Assembly: GCF_006345805.1 (NCBI RefSeq)
Contig: NC_042997.1
Coordinates: 167,896,001 to 167,960,000, forward strand
Length of the DNA stretch: 64,000 bases
Origin: Octopus sinensis
Lineage: Eukaryota
Direction: 5' to 3'
Below are positions 56,064 to 63,356 of the stretch, piece after piece. Position numbers and translations under genes: made by a program. The notes under the pieces are model-generated. The model was given only the letters and a program-made list of their open reading frames with translations. It was not told the origin of the DNA and ran no database searches. The stretch's first letter is position 1; each line of letters opens with the position of its first letter.

Positions 56064-58004
56064 AGTAGTAGTAGTAGTAGTAGTAGTAGTAACAACTCTA
56101 GTTACAGTAGTATCACCATCATCTCTTTGTAATTCATTGACTGCAAACCATAATGGCTTTATCATATTATGTAGATGTTGATCAATGACTATGAAGATCC
56201 CCCATTGGAAGCCCTGGTTTACCTGACAGGTGAATGCAACTATGGTGGTCGAGTGACTGACAACAGTGACCGACGCCTTATTATGAGTCTACTCAAGAAG
56301 TTCTACTGCCATGACATTATTGTGAATGATGACTATAAATTCTCTGAGAGTGGCTTATATTATGCTCCACCCTGTGGCAGTTTGGACTGTTACCTGGAAT
56401 ACATCCGTGGGCTTCCTTATATACCACATCCTGAGGTAAGTCTGGATATGTTAACATAGTTCAGTGATAGGGATCAGAGTATGGTGTTGATTTTGTGTTG
56501 GTGTGGAGTGAAGAGTGGCTGGAAAACATATATACAATACATACATACAGTACAATACATACATACATAAATGCATACATACATACATACATAAGATTAC
56601 AAGTTCAGGTTTATACCTGTAATTATTGGGGGTCCCGGGATATGTAATACACTGCCTAAATACCAATCTTGAGAAATTAGGCTTCTCAAAACCAGAAAGG
56701 AGAAAGCTAATTCAAAGACTACAGATCCAATCCATCACTGAAACTGTAAAAATCTGTAAAACTTTCCAGAAGTTTATCATTTAAATATATATGAGCATAT
56801 CTAGATATGCAAATATATGCATGAGAATACATTCGTAAAACAAACATACATACATACATACATACATACATACATACATACATACATACATACATACATA
56901 CATACATACATACATACATACATACAAACAAACAAACAAACAAACATACAAACAAACAAACAAACAAAAATAGCCTGTTGTTGATGTTGAAATAAATTGA
57001 ATAATGACATACATATAGTAATAATCATAATAGCCAGTATAACTGCTGGCTGGTTGGTTAGTTGGTTGCTTTACATCATATATAGAAAGAGAAAGAGAGC
57101 ATAAAAGAGAGATATAGAAAGAGTTAAGATAAGGTTCAGTACACATACTAGACATGGTGCCTGGCAATGAGTAAATGAACACAACACTCACACACATACA
57201 CACAGTATCAGAGACAGATGGGAAGGAGAGGGCACACACATGCACTCTCTCACTTACTCTCTTTCTCTCAGTGTGTGTGTGTGTGTGTGTGTGTGTGCAT
57301 GCAAACCTCCATAATATAAAATCAACACAGTAATTTTGTTGACATTTTCTTTTTTTTGAAAACAGCTCAATTTAAATTTATTGTAAATCAATAAATATTT
57401 TCATTTGAAAATTAAATATTCATTTCATCATTTTGTATAAGTGCTAAGAAATTTTATAAAAGTTAAATAATAATAATTATTGTATGCATACCATCCTTCC
57501 TGATATTACCCATAGTGGCGAAAGTATACTTTCAAACTCTCCTAAAATATGACAGGTATCACTTGTGTGTGTGTGTGTGTGTGTGTGTGGTTGTTGTTGT
57601 TGTTGATGATTGATTGATTGATTGATTGATTGGTTATTGATTGGTTATTGATTGATTGAGTGAGTGAGTGAACAGTGGATAAGCTTGAGCAAGAGAGTAA
57701 AGGGTTAAACAGTGTAAAACAGAGCAAATGAGGGATATGTAAGTTGGACATTGCATAACTAATTCAGTTGAGAAAGAAATATAATGACGGAATGAAAGGG
57801 ATGATTGGTTAAGCACCTAGAGGTGAAGTGTGAGGTATGAAAGAGGAACAAGGAAAGAAATGTTTAGGGAATAAAAAGATGGGTTCATAGTTGAGAGTGT
57901 GGTTGGAAGATGAGTGAATTATGTACAGAAATATGTTTTTGTATATTGTATTATGTATTTTTATATATGCATAATATGTATAATATATTTATGCATAGGC
58001 ATAT

Positions 58005-58044
<40 letters not shown>

Positions 58045-61000
58045 CATATGAACAAACTTCAATACAAAGATGTAGAATTAAAGCAATTTTTTTTCAAAAG
58101 TTGGATCAGCCATCAACCACAATTCTGATAGAATAATGATTATATACTAAAAGTGACAAAGTTGAGATAATAAAAAGAAAGCTTATTTGAAATAATTATC
58201 TTGGACACAGCTCTGCTTCTATGTAGAGGTGATACAACTTTCTTAAAATTTGAACTTCTAAAACTGCTTTGTATGTGCATTCATTCCTCTTTTTTTTTTG
58301 TGTGTGTATTCTAACACATGATACATCTCTGATTTATGAAAGTATTTGAAAATTGTTTTTTTTTTAATCCCCAAATATTTCGCAATTTATTTCAAAGATA
58401 AGTACTCTATTTAAAACATTCTTTGATATTCTAGAAATGCATTTCTACTTTAAACATTTATTCTAATAAATTATTTCAAAAGGAGAGTTGCTCAAAGCAT
58501 ATACTCCATCGAGTGTTGACACAAGGGAAACTCCTCCTTTCTGTCTCACTTCACCTAGAGACTTCTTGACTAAAGAAATAAGTTCTCTAACATTATATAG
58601 AACATCCTTGATAAGGCTCCTTCTTACTCATCAAGAATTTTCAATTGTCAACTCTGCCTTCATAAGAAACTGCATACACTGCAACAGCTTGCAGTAGCCA
58701 TCAATAAGAAATCTGCTCTACTCTACTATTGTCACCAAAGACTCACCCTGTTAAACAACTTCAAATCATTAGCTACAGACAACCCAAAAAGTCCATTTTA
58801 GCTTCAGCTGACCCATGCACAACTACAAATATGCAATTCCTGTTTGTCTTTAGTGAGATTATTTCCCTTCACTAACTTCATGGCCTACCATCACTCAGCT
58901 AAAATCGTACAGTGCAGCAATGTTCCATATGAAAACTGATAAACAATCCAACACCACCAGACTAACACATGCACACACACACACATAAATATATGCATAT
59001 TTATACATGTATTGTCTAATTTTATGTTTACTTGTACATACAGGCGCAGGAGTAGCTGTGTGGTAAGTAGCTTGCTTACCAACCACATGGTTCCGAGTTC
59101 AGTCCCACTGCATGGCACCTTGGGCAAGTGTCTTCTACTATATCCTCGGGCCGACCAAAGCCTTGTTTGGTATACAGAAACTGAAAGAAGCCCGTCGTAT
59201 ATATGTGTGTGTGTATATATATATGTGTGTGTGTGTGTTTGTGCATGTGTGTGTGTGTTTGTGTTTGTCCCCCCAACATCGCTTGACAGCCGATGGTAGT
59301 GTGTTTACGTCCCCATAACGTAGTGGTTCGACAAAAGAGGCCAATAGAATAAGTACTAGGCTTACAAAGAATATGTCCTTGGGTTGATTTGCTTGACTAA
59401 AGGTGGTGCTCCAGCATGGCCGCAGTCAAATGATTGAAACAAAAAAAAGGAAAAAAAGAAAAGAGAATACCTTATATCTTACTGCCACCACAATTCTTCA
59501 ATTCTTTTATCAGGTATTTGGTCTACATGAAAATGCTGACATTTCTAAAGACCAGCAAGAAACACAGCAACTATTTGAGGGTGTTCTCAAGACACTTCCA
59601 AAGCAGGTAACATTTTATCTTTAGAATTTTAAGAACTATTTTGACAATAATGATGTAATTGAAACCCAGTGATTACGAGGGTAAGGTTCTGAACAACTAT
59701 CAAAATGCATAAGTTCAATCTGATTACAGCCATTATGTTTTATCCCTTGGGCAATTTACAGAGCACTGTTTGACTGAGTTTGCCTAACTACAGTGGGATA
59801 ATATTGAGGGAAGGATGTATAAATAGAAAGAAACTGCTCATTCCATTCTCTCTTTCCTGGCTAGACATTAGCTTTGGTCTAACCTTAACAGAATAATTTC
59901 TAACAGTTTAAATACACATACACTTATCTGACTTTCCTTTTTATCACAAGCCATTTATATATAAAGCTTCAAGACTCACATAAATTGATCAATCTCTGTA
60001 AAGTTTATTGGTAACAATAATAATCATTGAGTTATATAGTAACTTTGTTTTGTATATGTGGTTTCTAATTTTCAGTGTCTCTTTGCAACAGACATTGGGT
60101 GCTGGGAAGTCATCTCAAGATATCATAGAAGACTTGGCCAGTGATATCCTCTCCAAAATGCCAGCTGCATTTGAAGTTGAAGAAATTCAGGTATGGTACA
60201 TTTCTTTCCAAAAAATGTGAAACTAGTACAATATATTTGTTACAACAAATATATGAAGTGCTTTGATGCAGATGGGATTTTAGTTTCCCCTGTTGTTACA
60301 TGTTATTTTAACCAACCAGAAATTTTAACTTTGAAAACTGATAATAGTTTGTAAGTCATTGGGTGGCGGGGCTAGTTTAGAATAAAAACATGGGATTATT
60401 TTAGATTCATTGTCACCACATGTCATTTTAACCAATTAAACATTTTTGAGCACCTTTTCAAGCTCCATCTGTCTAACACCCGTGGACATATTTACAAAGT
60501 CAGAAAACAGCACAGCTCCCATGACTTTCGAAAGCATTTTTTTATGCTAAGAGTTGCTGAAGCATGGAACAAACTGCTGGTATCAGTTGTTAGTTGTCGG
60601 AGTACTGCATCCTTCAAAACTTCCATGCCTCCTGAGATTGACCAACACTACACCTGATTTTCTCCCCTCCACACACACGCAAGCATGTATCTGATCATAC
60701 ACTGTTCACTTCCCAAACATTTGTACATTACTGCATATGCTTTATACGCACTTTTGACAAGTTGTGGTGCCCCTAAACACTGTATACAAAAATTTCATTA
60801 TACAAAAATTTCATTATTATTATTATTAAATCAGAAATTTTAACCAATGAGAAACTGTCATTTGTGAAGCTTAGTTTTAACTGTATTGAGTGAGCAAAAA
60901 TTTGGACTAAAGGTCCTCACTTGTCACATTTGCTCAACACCAAACAAGCCTGTCTCTCTCTACTAATGATTTTCATTCTGATAACAACCTTGCATAAGCT

Positions 61001-62175
61001 GTTACCTTACAATCTCATTCCATTCTCTCTCTTTCCTGGCTAGATTTTAGCTTTGGTCTAACCATAACAGAATAATTTCTACCACTTTAAATACATATAC
61101 ACTTATCTGACTTTCCTTTTCATCACAAGCCATTTATTTGCTGGCACATGTTTAACACTGTAGCACAAATTATTCCACTGAAATAAAAAGATGAAAGTAT
61201 CTATGTTCATTTTTCTAAATAACATTTCTACAACATAAATTATCTAATGGACTTATCAATGTACATTCTCACAAATGCATTTATATAAACTTTGTTGTGT
61301 AAAACATTTATTTCCCACTGTAATATTTTCAGTAATATACTCTATGTATGAATCTTCTCATATTTTAACCCTTTCATTACCAACCAGGCTGAAACTGGCC
61401 CTGGCTCTGAGTACAAATGTCTTGTTTTCAAAAGTTTTGAACTAAAATTTTCTACCAAACCTTAGTCACAATTTATATTCCTAACACTAGTTGAATGATA
61501 AGTAAGTTATTTTACTAAATTCTTTGTTATATTTAAAGTAATTGAAAGAAGCACAGAGCGTCTCAAAATAAATGAAGTAACGAAAAGGTTAAGCTGTATT
61601 CACAAAACATGTACAGTTTAATTTTTATTGCATTATTTGATCATGAAAATCAGTTGTTGATATTTAGGAAATAAAAGGAAGATTTATATATATTCATTCT
61701 ACTTGTTGTCTCTATGAACATTCTTCTAACTTCCTCTGTCTGGCAGTTTTGGTTCTTGTCTGCTGTGTGTAATCTTTGCACAGTGCATCTATATGAGAGA
61801 ATCTCTTAAGGTGAATACTGCAGTATTCAGCATTCTAATAATACATTCATATTGAGTAAGATATGAAGATTGCCAATCAATAATAATGATGATGATGATA
61901 ATGAAAATAATTATCACTACAATTTATTTATTCCAATCAAATATATTCAATACACAACCATAAAAACAACTATTCTCTGTTTATCTCTTCAGAAGAAGTA
62001 TGCAGTCAGTTATCATGAATCAATGAATACAGTACTGGTGCAAGAGTTGTTACGCTTTAACAGGTTACTAAAAGTGATCATATGGAGTCTGGAGGAGATT
62101 CAGAAAGCTATCTACGGCTTAGTAGTGATGTCAGCCAAATTGGAGAGGATTGTTAACAGTATGATTGTCGGCAAG
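89..62175 (+). CDS. DNAH3: Axonemal dynein heavy chain, DNAH3-like; partial multi-exon gene, 32 exons in window
   Basis: 32 GT-AG exons join in frame to 1535 codons. Motifs include P4 loop [50 protein letters not shown] and [39 protein letters not shown] and [10 protein letters not shown]...LFEGVL fit recalled DNAH3 better than DNAH7. Confidence 0.9.
1133..1323 (+). CDS. DNAH3: exon 2 (AAA4 P-loop)
   Basis: ag|(G)IGGTGRQS...DYQIK|gtaagc. Confidence 0.95.
1495..1868 (-). mobile_element. 5'-truncated RTE 3'-tail copy
   Basis: Matches LINE tail (ccatgctagcatgggttggac...cagctggatgcccttcctaa) with about 3 hairpin repeat units. Confidence 0.85.
2194..2489. mobile_element. Foldback (palindromic) element, copy 1
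   Basis: Inverted arms around about 2326; actaatattag on both flanks. Confidence 0.85.
3662..3794 (-). mobile_element. SINE family B, 5'-truncated, 16-bp TSD
   Basis: TSD ggacaacatcaataat at 3646-3661 and 3795-3810. Confidence 0.88.
4218..4616 (-). mobile_element. 5'-truncated RTE 3'-tail copy
   Basis: (CAT)n plus ttaacgtcc tail, about 3 repeat units. Confidence 0.85.
4789..4884 (+). CDS. DNAH3: exon 3
   Basis: cag|[21 protein letters not shown]...IIEK|gtaaga. Confidence 0.95.
5787..5978 (+). CDS. DNAH3: exon 4
   Basis: tag|MQQL...[20 protein letters not shown]|gtaatt. Confidence 0.95.
6071..6604 (-). mobile_element. 5'-truncated RTE 3'-tail copy
   Basis: (CAT)n tail, about 5 repeat units, ends at the (GATTT)-like tract. 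Confidence 0.85.
6860..7920 (+). mobile_element. Tc1/mariner-superfamily transposase remnant
   Basis: HTH-like ORF 6899-7327; [16 protein letters not shown] motif in 7624-7875. Confidence 0.85.
7921..8110 (+). mobile_element. SINE family B (short tail variant)
   Basis: gctggcagaatc...gagctcaaattc...gtcgactttgcctttcatc...(TTA)n. Confidence 0.8.
8208..8341 (+). CDS. DNAH3: exon 5
   Basis: cag|[13 protein letters not shown]...|gtaagt, ends in phase 2. Confidence 0.93.
8754..9155 (+). mobile_element. tRNA-derived SINE family A (internal TA/TG microsatellite)
   Basis: A box tggctgtgtggt, B box ggttcagtccc, CORE-like ccttgggc(a/g)agt, tail gactgaaacaagtaaaagag. Confidence 0.85.
9745..9907 (+). 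CDS. DNAH3: exon 6
   Basis: tag|..[16 protein letters not shown]...KFQ|gtttgg. Confidence 0.93.
11305..11520 (+). mobile_element. SINE family B, older copy
   Basis: gagttcaaattctgcc...tttcatcctttcagggtcaat. Confidence 0.7.
11597..11779 (+). CDS. DNAH3: exon 7 (stalk CC1)
   Basis: tag|[15 protein letters not shown]...AQSIK|gttaga. Confidence 0.93.
12285..12680 (-). mobile_element. SINE family A
   Basis: Reverse complement of the family A consensus. Confidence 0.8.
12889..13047 (+). CDS. DNAH3: exon 8 (CC1/MTBD)
   Basis: cag|[13 protein letters not shown]...[17 protein letters not shown]|gtaata. Confidence 0.95.
13128..13351 (+). mobile_element. SINE family B, 16-bp TSD
   Basis: TSD ggtattagccagttca at 13112-13127 and 13352-13367; B box gagttcaaattcc. 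Confidence 0.9.
13820..13891 (+). CDS. DNAH3: exon 9 (MTBD)
   Basis: tag|GIKPDKK...EDYWAASKK|gtcagt. Confidence 0.93.
14130..14330 (+). CDS. DNAH3: exon 10 (MTBD)
   Basis: cag|MLSDMKFL...YDKDNIP...[10 protein letters not shown]...VIK|gtcagt. Confidence 0.95.
14580..14988 (+). mobile_element. SINE family A
   Basis: Matches 8754-9155. Confidence 0.85.
15269..15975 (-). mobile_element. Internally deleted mariner
   Basis: TIRs ttgggccatcccataa / ttatgggatgacccaa with TA flanks; HQDNA...[13 protein letters not shown]. Confidence 0.88.
17161..17316 (+). CDS. DNAH3: exon 11 (stalk CC2)
   Basis: tag|FVAPKKESL...QQEKK|gtaaga. Confidence 0.93.
17682..17913 (-). mobile_element. SINE family B, 16-bp TSD
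   Basis: TSD ttcagcatatagtata at 17666-17681 and 17914-17929. Confidence 0.9.
18251..18333 (+). mobile_element. Very short RTE 3'-tail copy
   Basis: gtccaacccatgctagcat...gttaaacgatgatgatg. Confidence 0.75.
19154..19249 (+). CDS. DNAH3: exon 12
   Basis: aag|NLEFN...[21 protein letters not shown]|gtagaa. Confidence 0.9.
19603..19852 (+). mobile_element. tRNA-derived SINE family C (second decayed copy about 22735-22960)
   Basis: A box tggtttagtgg, B box gtttcgattcc, then ttcttgagcaaaac and gcgatggactggcgtccc as recalled from V-type SINEs. Confidence 0.75.
20581..20632 (-). ncRNA. Minimal type I hammerhead ribozyme-like motif, U4 mutated
   Basis: Reverse complement reads gtct-CCGATGA-a-gggatatt/aatatcct-a-GAAA-cagctg-TA-agac. 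Confidence 0.65.
20712..21418 (+). mobile_element. Young RTE 3' UTR copy with 62-bp tandem array
   Basis: Very similar to 40341-40990 in reverse complement; (GAT)n tail abuts (TA)n. Confidence 0.92.
22295..22399 (+). CDS. DNAH3: exon 13
   Basis: cag|AVDSL...[16 protein letters not shown]...YRQ|gtaaga. Confidence 0.93.
23469..24034 (+). mobile_element. Internally deleted mariner
   Basis: TIRs ttgggttgtccggaaagt / actttcctgacaacccaa with TA flanks; [19 protein letters not shown]. Confidence 0.9.
24167..24300 (+). CDS. DNAH3: exon 14 (AAA5)
   Basis: cag|ECLQEW...[12 protein letters not shown]|gtaact, ends in phase 2. Confidence 0.95.
24340..24790 (+). mobile_element. Diverged SINE family A head interrupted by a family B copy (24491-24709)
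   Basis: ggttcagtcccactg head; agaaactgaaag duplicated around the insert. Confidence 0.7.
26043..26214 (+). CDS. DNAH3: exon 15
   Basis: cag|FSVENG...[20 protein letters not shown]...CLQ|gtaaac. Confidence 0.95.
26689..26950 (+). repeat. Degenerate 20-bp minisatellite, about 12 units
   Basis: Consensus close to GTTAGTAACAGAAAGTACTA. Confidence 0.75.
27674..28539 (-). mobile_element. Mariner derivative with about 200-bp inverted ends
   Basis: TIR ggtctgatcaataagtatccagactgtt at both ends with TA flanks; VYEWFRRF and AKFVPKLL transposase N-terminus. Confidence 0.88.
28725..28811 (+). CDS. DNAH3: exon 16
   Basis: tag|[16 protein letters not shown]...TFKQ|gtaaat. Confidence 0.95.
29783..30265 (+). 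mobile_element. hAT (Buster/Charlie-type) transposase remnant
   Basis: [32 protein letters not shown]; caatgcttcttaaact end. Confidence 0.8.
30690..31198. mobile_element. Tc1/pogo-like MITE, copy 1
   Basis: TIR c(c/t)gtaaatcctc(g/a)agtata / tatactcgaggatttacgg with TA TSD. Confidence 0.88.
31264..31380 (+). CDS. DNAH3: exon 17
   Basis: cag|RGVDY...[13 protein letters not shown]|gtaatc. Confidence 0.93.
31822..32041 (-). mobile_element. SINE family B
   Basis: Reverse complement match; aacaatatt on both flanks. Confidence 0.8.
32188..32665 (-). mobile_element. SINE family A
   Basis: Reverse complement match, internal (CA)n. Confidence 0.8.
32782..32967 (+). CDS. DNAH3: exon 18
   Basis: cag|VTLINF...[20 protein letters not shown]...SNSQ|gtataa. 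Confidence 0.95.
33527..34313. mobile_element. hAT MITE with 8-bp TSD (partial inverted copy about 18620-18872)
   Basis: TIR cagggctggattaa / ttaatccagtgctg; flanks gtcactat and gtcaccat. Confidence 0.82.
33830..34178. mobile_element. Foldback element, copy 2, nested in the hAT MITE
   Basis: Inverted arms around about 34025; atcccaaatatt on both flanks. Confidence 0.85.
34828..35338. mobile_element. Tc1/pogo-like MITE, copy 2 (same orientation as copy 1)
   Basis: Colinear with 30690-31198, same TIRs. Confidence 0.88.
35757..35894 (+). CDS. DNAH3: exon 19
   Basis: aag|[10 protein letters not shown]...NGYKP|gtataa. Confidence 0.93.
36098..36535 (+). mobile_element. SINE family A
   Basis: Match with long internal (TG)n. 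Confidence 0.85.
36900..37345. mobile_element. Penelope-like remnant with inverted terminal pieces
   Basis: 36900-37010 and 37255-37345 are inverted copies carrying (c/t)tgaaga...aaacagctgtaagag. Confidence 0.55.
37792..37896 (+). CDS. DNAH3: exon 20
   Basis: cag|VARHG...[12 protein letters not shown]...HQ|gttagt. Confidence 0.95.
38158..38318 (+). CDS. DNAH3: exon 21
   Basis: cag|AITNS...[14 protein letters not shown]...|gtaagt, ends in phase 2. Confidence 0.95.
38418..38638. mobile_element. piggyBac-like MITE
   Basis: TTAA|ccctttggtgtt...aacactaaaggg|TTAA. Confidence 0.8.
39150..39540 (+). mobile_element. RTE 3'-tail copy
   Basis: Repeat units plus ttaaacgatgatg tail. Confidence 0.85.
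41100..44205 (-). pseudogene. RTE LINE ORF, disrupted by frameshifts near 42240, 41762 and 41592
   Basis: 671 codons are stop-free, then RT and C-terminal motifs continue in three shifted frames. Confidence 0.9.
44310..44704 (-). promoter_or_regulatory. Putative internal Pol II promoter of the RTE LINE
   Basis: YY1-like caaaatggcc at 44689-44680, GC box 44369-44375, CCAAT 44350-44354, two ccggaagt ETS motifs. Confidence 0.45.
45158..45329 (+). CDS. DNAH3: exon 22
   Basis: cag|..WRFLLTGG...FTNH|gtaagt. Confidence 0.95.
45451..46029 (+). mobile_element. CR1-type LINE 3' fragment (shorter copy 60448-60827; decayed copy about 50440-50730)
   Basis: Translates as [11 protein letters not shown]...[10 protein letters not shown]...TRGH...[10 protein letters not shown]; ends in (ATT)n. 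Confidence 0.85.
46130..46680 (+). repeat. Old degenerate G/T/A-rich minisatellite (continues about 47325-47510)
   Basis: Recurrent ggatgtatatt(a/g)atgtg-like units. Confidence 0.55.
46686..47305 (+). repeat. Unclassified interspersed repeat family D (also about 4960-5140, 10215-10395, 22975-23400, 31405-31600, 49440-49715)
   Basis: Recurrent ttgtttaaccccaggtca...gatcaaagg(c/t)attccagc...gatttggctgctatttctagc. Confidence 0.65.
46793..47191 (+). mobile_element. SINE family B with duplicated 3' half, 16-bp TSD
   Basis: TSD aatatatcagggacta at 46777-46792 and 47192-47207; long-tail unit followed by short-tail unit. Confidence 0.9.
47566..47691 (+). CDS. DNAH3: exon 23
   Basis: cag|[10 protein letters not shown]...LRCLRPDK|gtagac. 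Confidence 0.95.
47704..48080 (-). mobile_element. RTE 3'-tail copy 12 nt after the exon 23 donor
   Basis: (CAT)n cgtttaacgtc tail, about 3 repeat units. Confidence 0.85.
48379..48846 (-). mobile_element. SINE family A
   Basis: Reverse complement match, long (TA)n. Confidence 0.85.
49037..49214 (+). CDS. DNAH3: exon 24 (AAA6)
   Basis: cag|MIPAIQ...[13 protein letters not shown]...EDK|gtaggt, ends in phase 1. Confidence 0.95.
49832..49905 (+). CDS. DNAH3: exon 25
   Basis: tag|..[19 protein letters not shown]|gtatgt. Confidence 0.93.
50197..50283 (+). CDS. DNAH3: exon 26
   Basis: cag|[16 protein letters not shown]...CET|gtaaga. Confidence 0.95.
51303..51601 (+). mobile_element. RTE 3'-tail copy
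   Basis: Repeat units plus ggacgttaagcaatgatgatg. Confidence 0.85.
51761..51967 (+). CDS. DNAH3: exon 27
   Basis: tag|VLQN...FRLWLT...NEPPKGLRA...KPQ|gtgagt. Confidence 0.93.
52155..52602 (-). mobile_element. SINE family A
   Basis: Reverse complement match; cctgatat on both flanks. Confidence 0.85.
53448..53585 (+). CDS. DNAH3: exon 28
   Basis: cag|[23 protein letters not shown]...QQLQ|gtattt. Confidence 0.95.
54047..54880 (+). mobile_element. Two head-to-tail copies of an (ATT)n-tailed retroposon end
   Basis: 54047-54240 repeats at about 54665-54860; each copy is followed by (ATT)n. Confidence 0.7.
55163..56000 (+). mobile_element. Cluster of four decayed SINE family B copies
   Basis: Repeated gctg(a/g)atc/ggcag...gtcaataaaataagtac segments. 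Confidence 0.7.
55995..56090 (+). repeat. Compound (TTA)n(GTC)n(GTA)n microsatellite
   Basis: Read directly, about 85 nt upstream of exon 29. Confidence 0.9.
56175..56435 (+). CDS. DNAH3: exon 29
   Basis: tag|MLIND...[11 protein letters not shown]...PHPE|gtaagt. Confidence 0.95.
56845..56968 (+). repeat. (TACA)n grading into (AAAC)n microsatellite
   Basis: Read directly; many other (TA)n, (CA)n, (GA)n and (CAT)n tracts occur throughout. Confidence 0.95.
59043..59465 (+). mobile_element. SINE family A
   Basis: Match to the consensus. Confidence 0.85.
59514..59606 (+). CDS. DNAH3: exon 30 (C-terminal domain)
   Basis: cag|[10 protein letters not shown]...LPKQ|gtaaca. Confidence 0.95.
60092..60190 (+). 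CDS. DNAH3: exon 31
   Basis: cag|[22 protein letters not shown]...EIQ|gtatgg. Confidence 0.9.
61369..61588. mobile_element. piggyBac-like MITE
   Basis: TTAA|ccctttcattac...gtaacgaaaagg|TTAA. Confidence 0.78.
61993..62175 (+). CDS. DNAH3: exon 32
   Basis: cag|KKYA...[15 protein letters not shown]...IVGK|gtaggc. Confidence 0.95.
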
Positions 62176-62479
62176 GTAGGCGTTTTCTTTGATTTCTCTC
62201 ACCTTTGCTCTGACGAAATATTCTTTTCTTATTTTGGCACAACGCCAGCAATTTTTAAGAGTGAAGAAGTCAATTACATCAACCCCAATACTTAACTGAC
62301 ACTTATTTCATTGACCCCCCAAAAGGATGAAAGATAAAGGTGACCTCAGAACAGAGACGGGTGAAATGCAGCATGATAATGGTTCTGTCAGCTTTCTGTC
62401 TTTCTCTCTGACAAAATATTGATATACAATATCAAATGCAAGCTATATAAATGTCATATGACGTCAAAATTAAATAATA

Positions 62480-63008
62480 GTCATCATCATCATTTAACGT
62501 TTGTTTTCCCTGATCAACTTCTCGTGATTGAAAACACACCACTCTACCTCATAGGGATAATTGTAAGTACATCCCGAATTCTAGAAAAACCATACACACA
62601 GTTTTATATATCAGCATGCACCACACACGAATATATACACAAAGCGAATTTAAATCATAGGTGCTATCACCTATGAAACCATCAGGGAGCTGCCCAGCCA
62701 AAGAGTTGCCCAGGCTCCAGTTGTCTATTTTGGCATGCTTTCTACAGCTAGTTGCCATTCCTAATGCCAACCACTAGGTACTTTTTTATGTGGCAATGGC
62801 CTGGGTGTTTTTCATGTAGCACCTACATGGGTACTTTATATATAACACTGACACAGGTGCTTTCTACATGGTAGTGACGTGGATGCTTTTCATGTGGCAT
62901 CATCATGAGTGCTGTTCATGTAGCACTGACACGGTATTGTTAATGCAACATTGGCACAGGTGCTATTCATGTGGTACTGGCATGGGTGTTTTTTACATGG
63001 CACCAGCA
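62480..63008 (-). mobile_element. Old, diverged RTE-tail relative with 26-bp repeat array
   Basis: catcatcatttaacgtt tail, tttctacagctagttgccattcctaatgccaaccact core. Confidence 0.6.
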
Positions 63009-63356
63009 CTATCAAATATTAAATAAATGATATAATAATCTTTAATTTAATATTAGCAATATTACATTAATTAAGCAATTACATCGTGGAAAAAGCATTT
63101 TACCTAACTAAAAATATACAAAATCTGTTAAATTATTTCTTAAGCATAGAGTCTTGTAAACAGTGAAATGACCAATTATAAATACCATTGGAACTCACAC
63201 ACAAAGTACAGGAAACATATATATACCATTCTGCTTAAATAATAGAACTGCAGACACAATATCCTTACGTATCTCACACCTGTTTTCATTCCTCCATTTC
63301 ACTCTGTATTTCATATCTCCTCTATAATAACTATTGCTTAACCATTTTCTCGCACC

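Noticed and set aside
56719-57245. ORFs of repeated CMYV/CLFV and other HT, YI, CV, ER repeat ORFs
   Set aside because: These are translations of microsatellites.
61990-61998. Tandem acceptors CAG-AAG-AAG at exon 32
   Set aside because: At most a one- or two-lysine difference, and CAG normally dominates.
89-62175. DNAH7 or DNAH12 identity, non-canonical introns, or pseudogenisation
   Set aside because: Recalled diagnostic motifs favour DNAH3 (a phylogeny is still needed), all introns are GT-AG, and the spliced frame has no stops.
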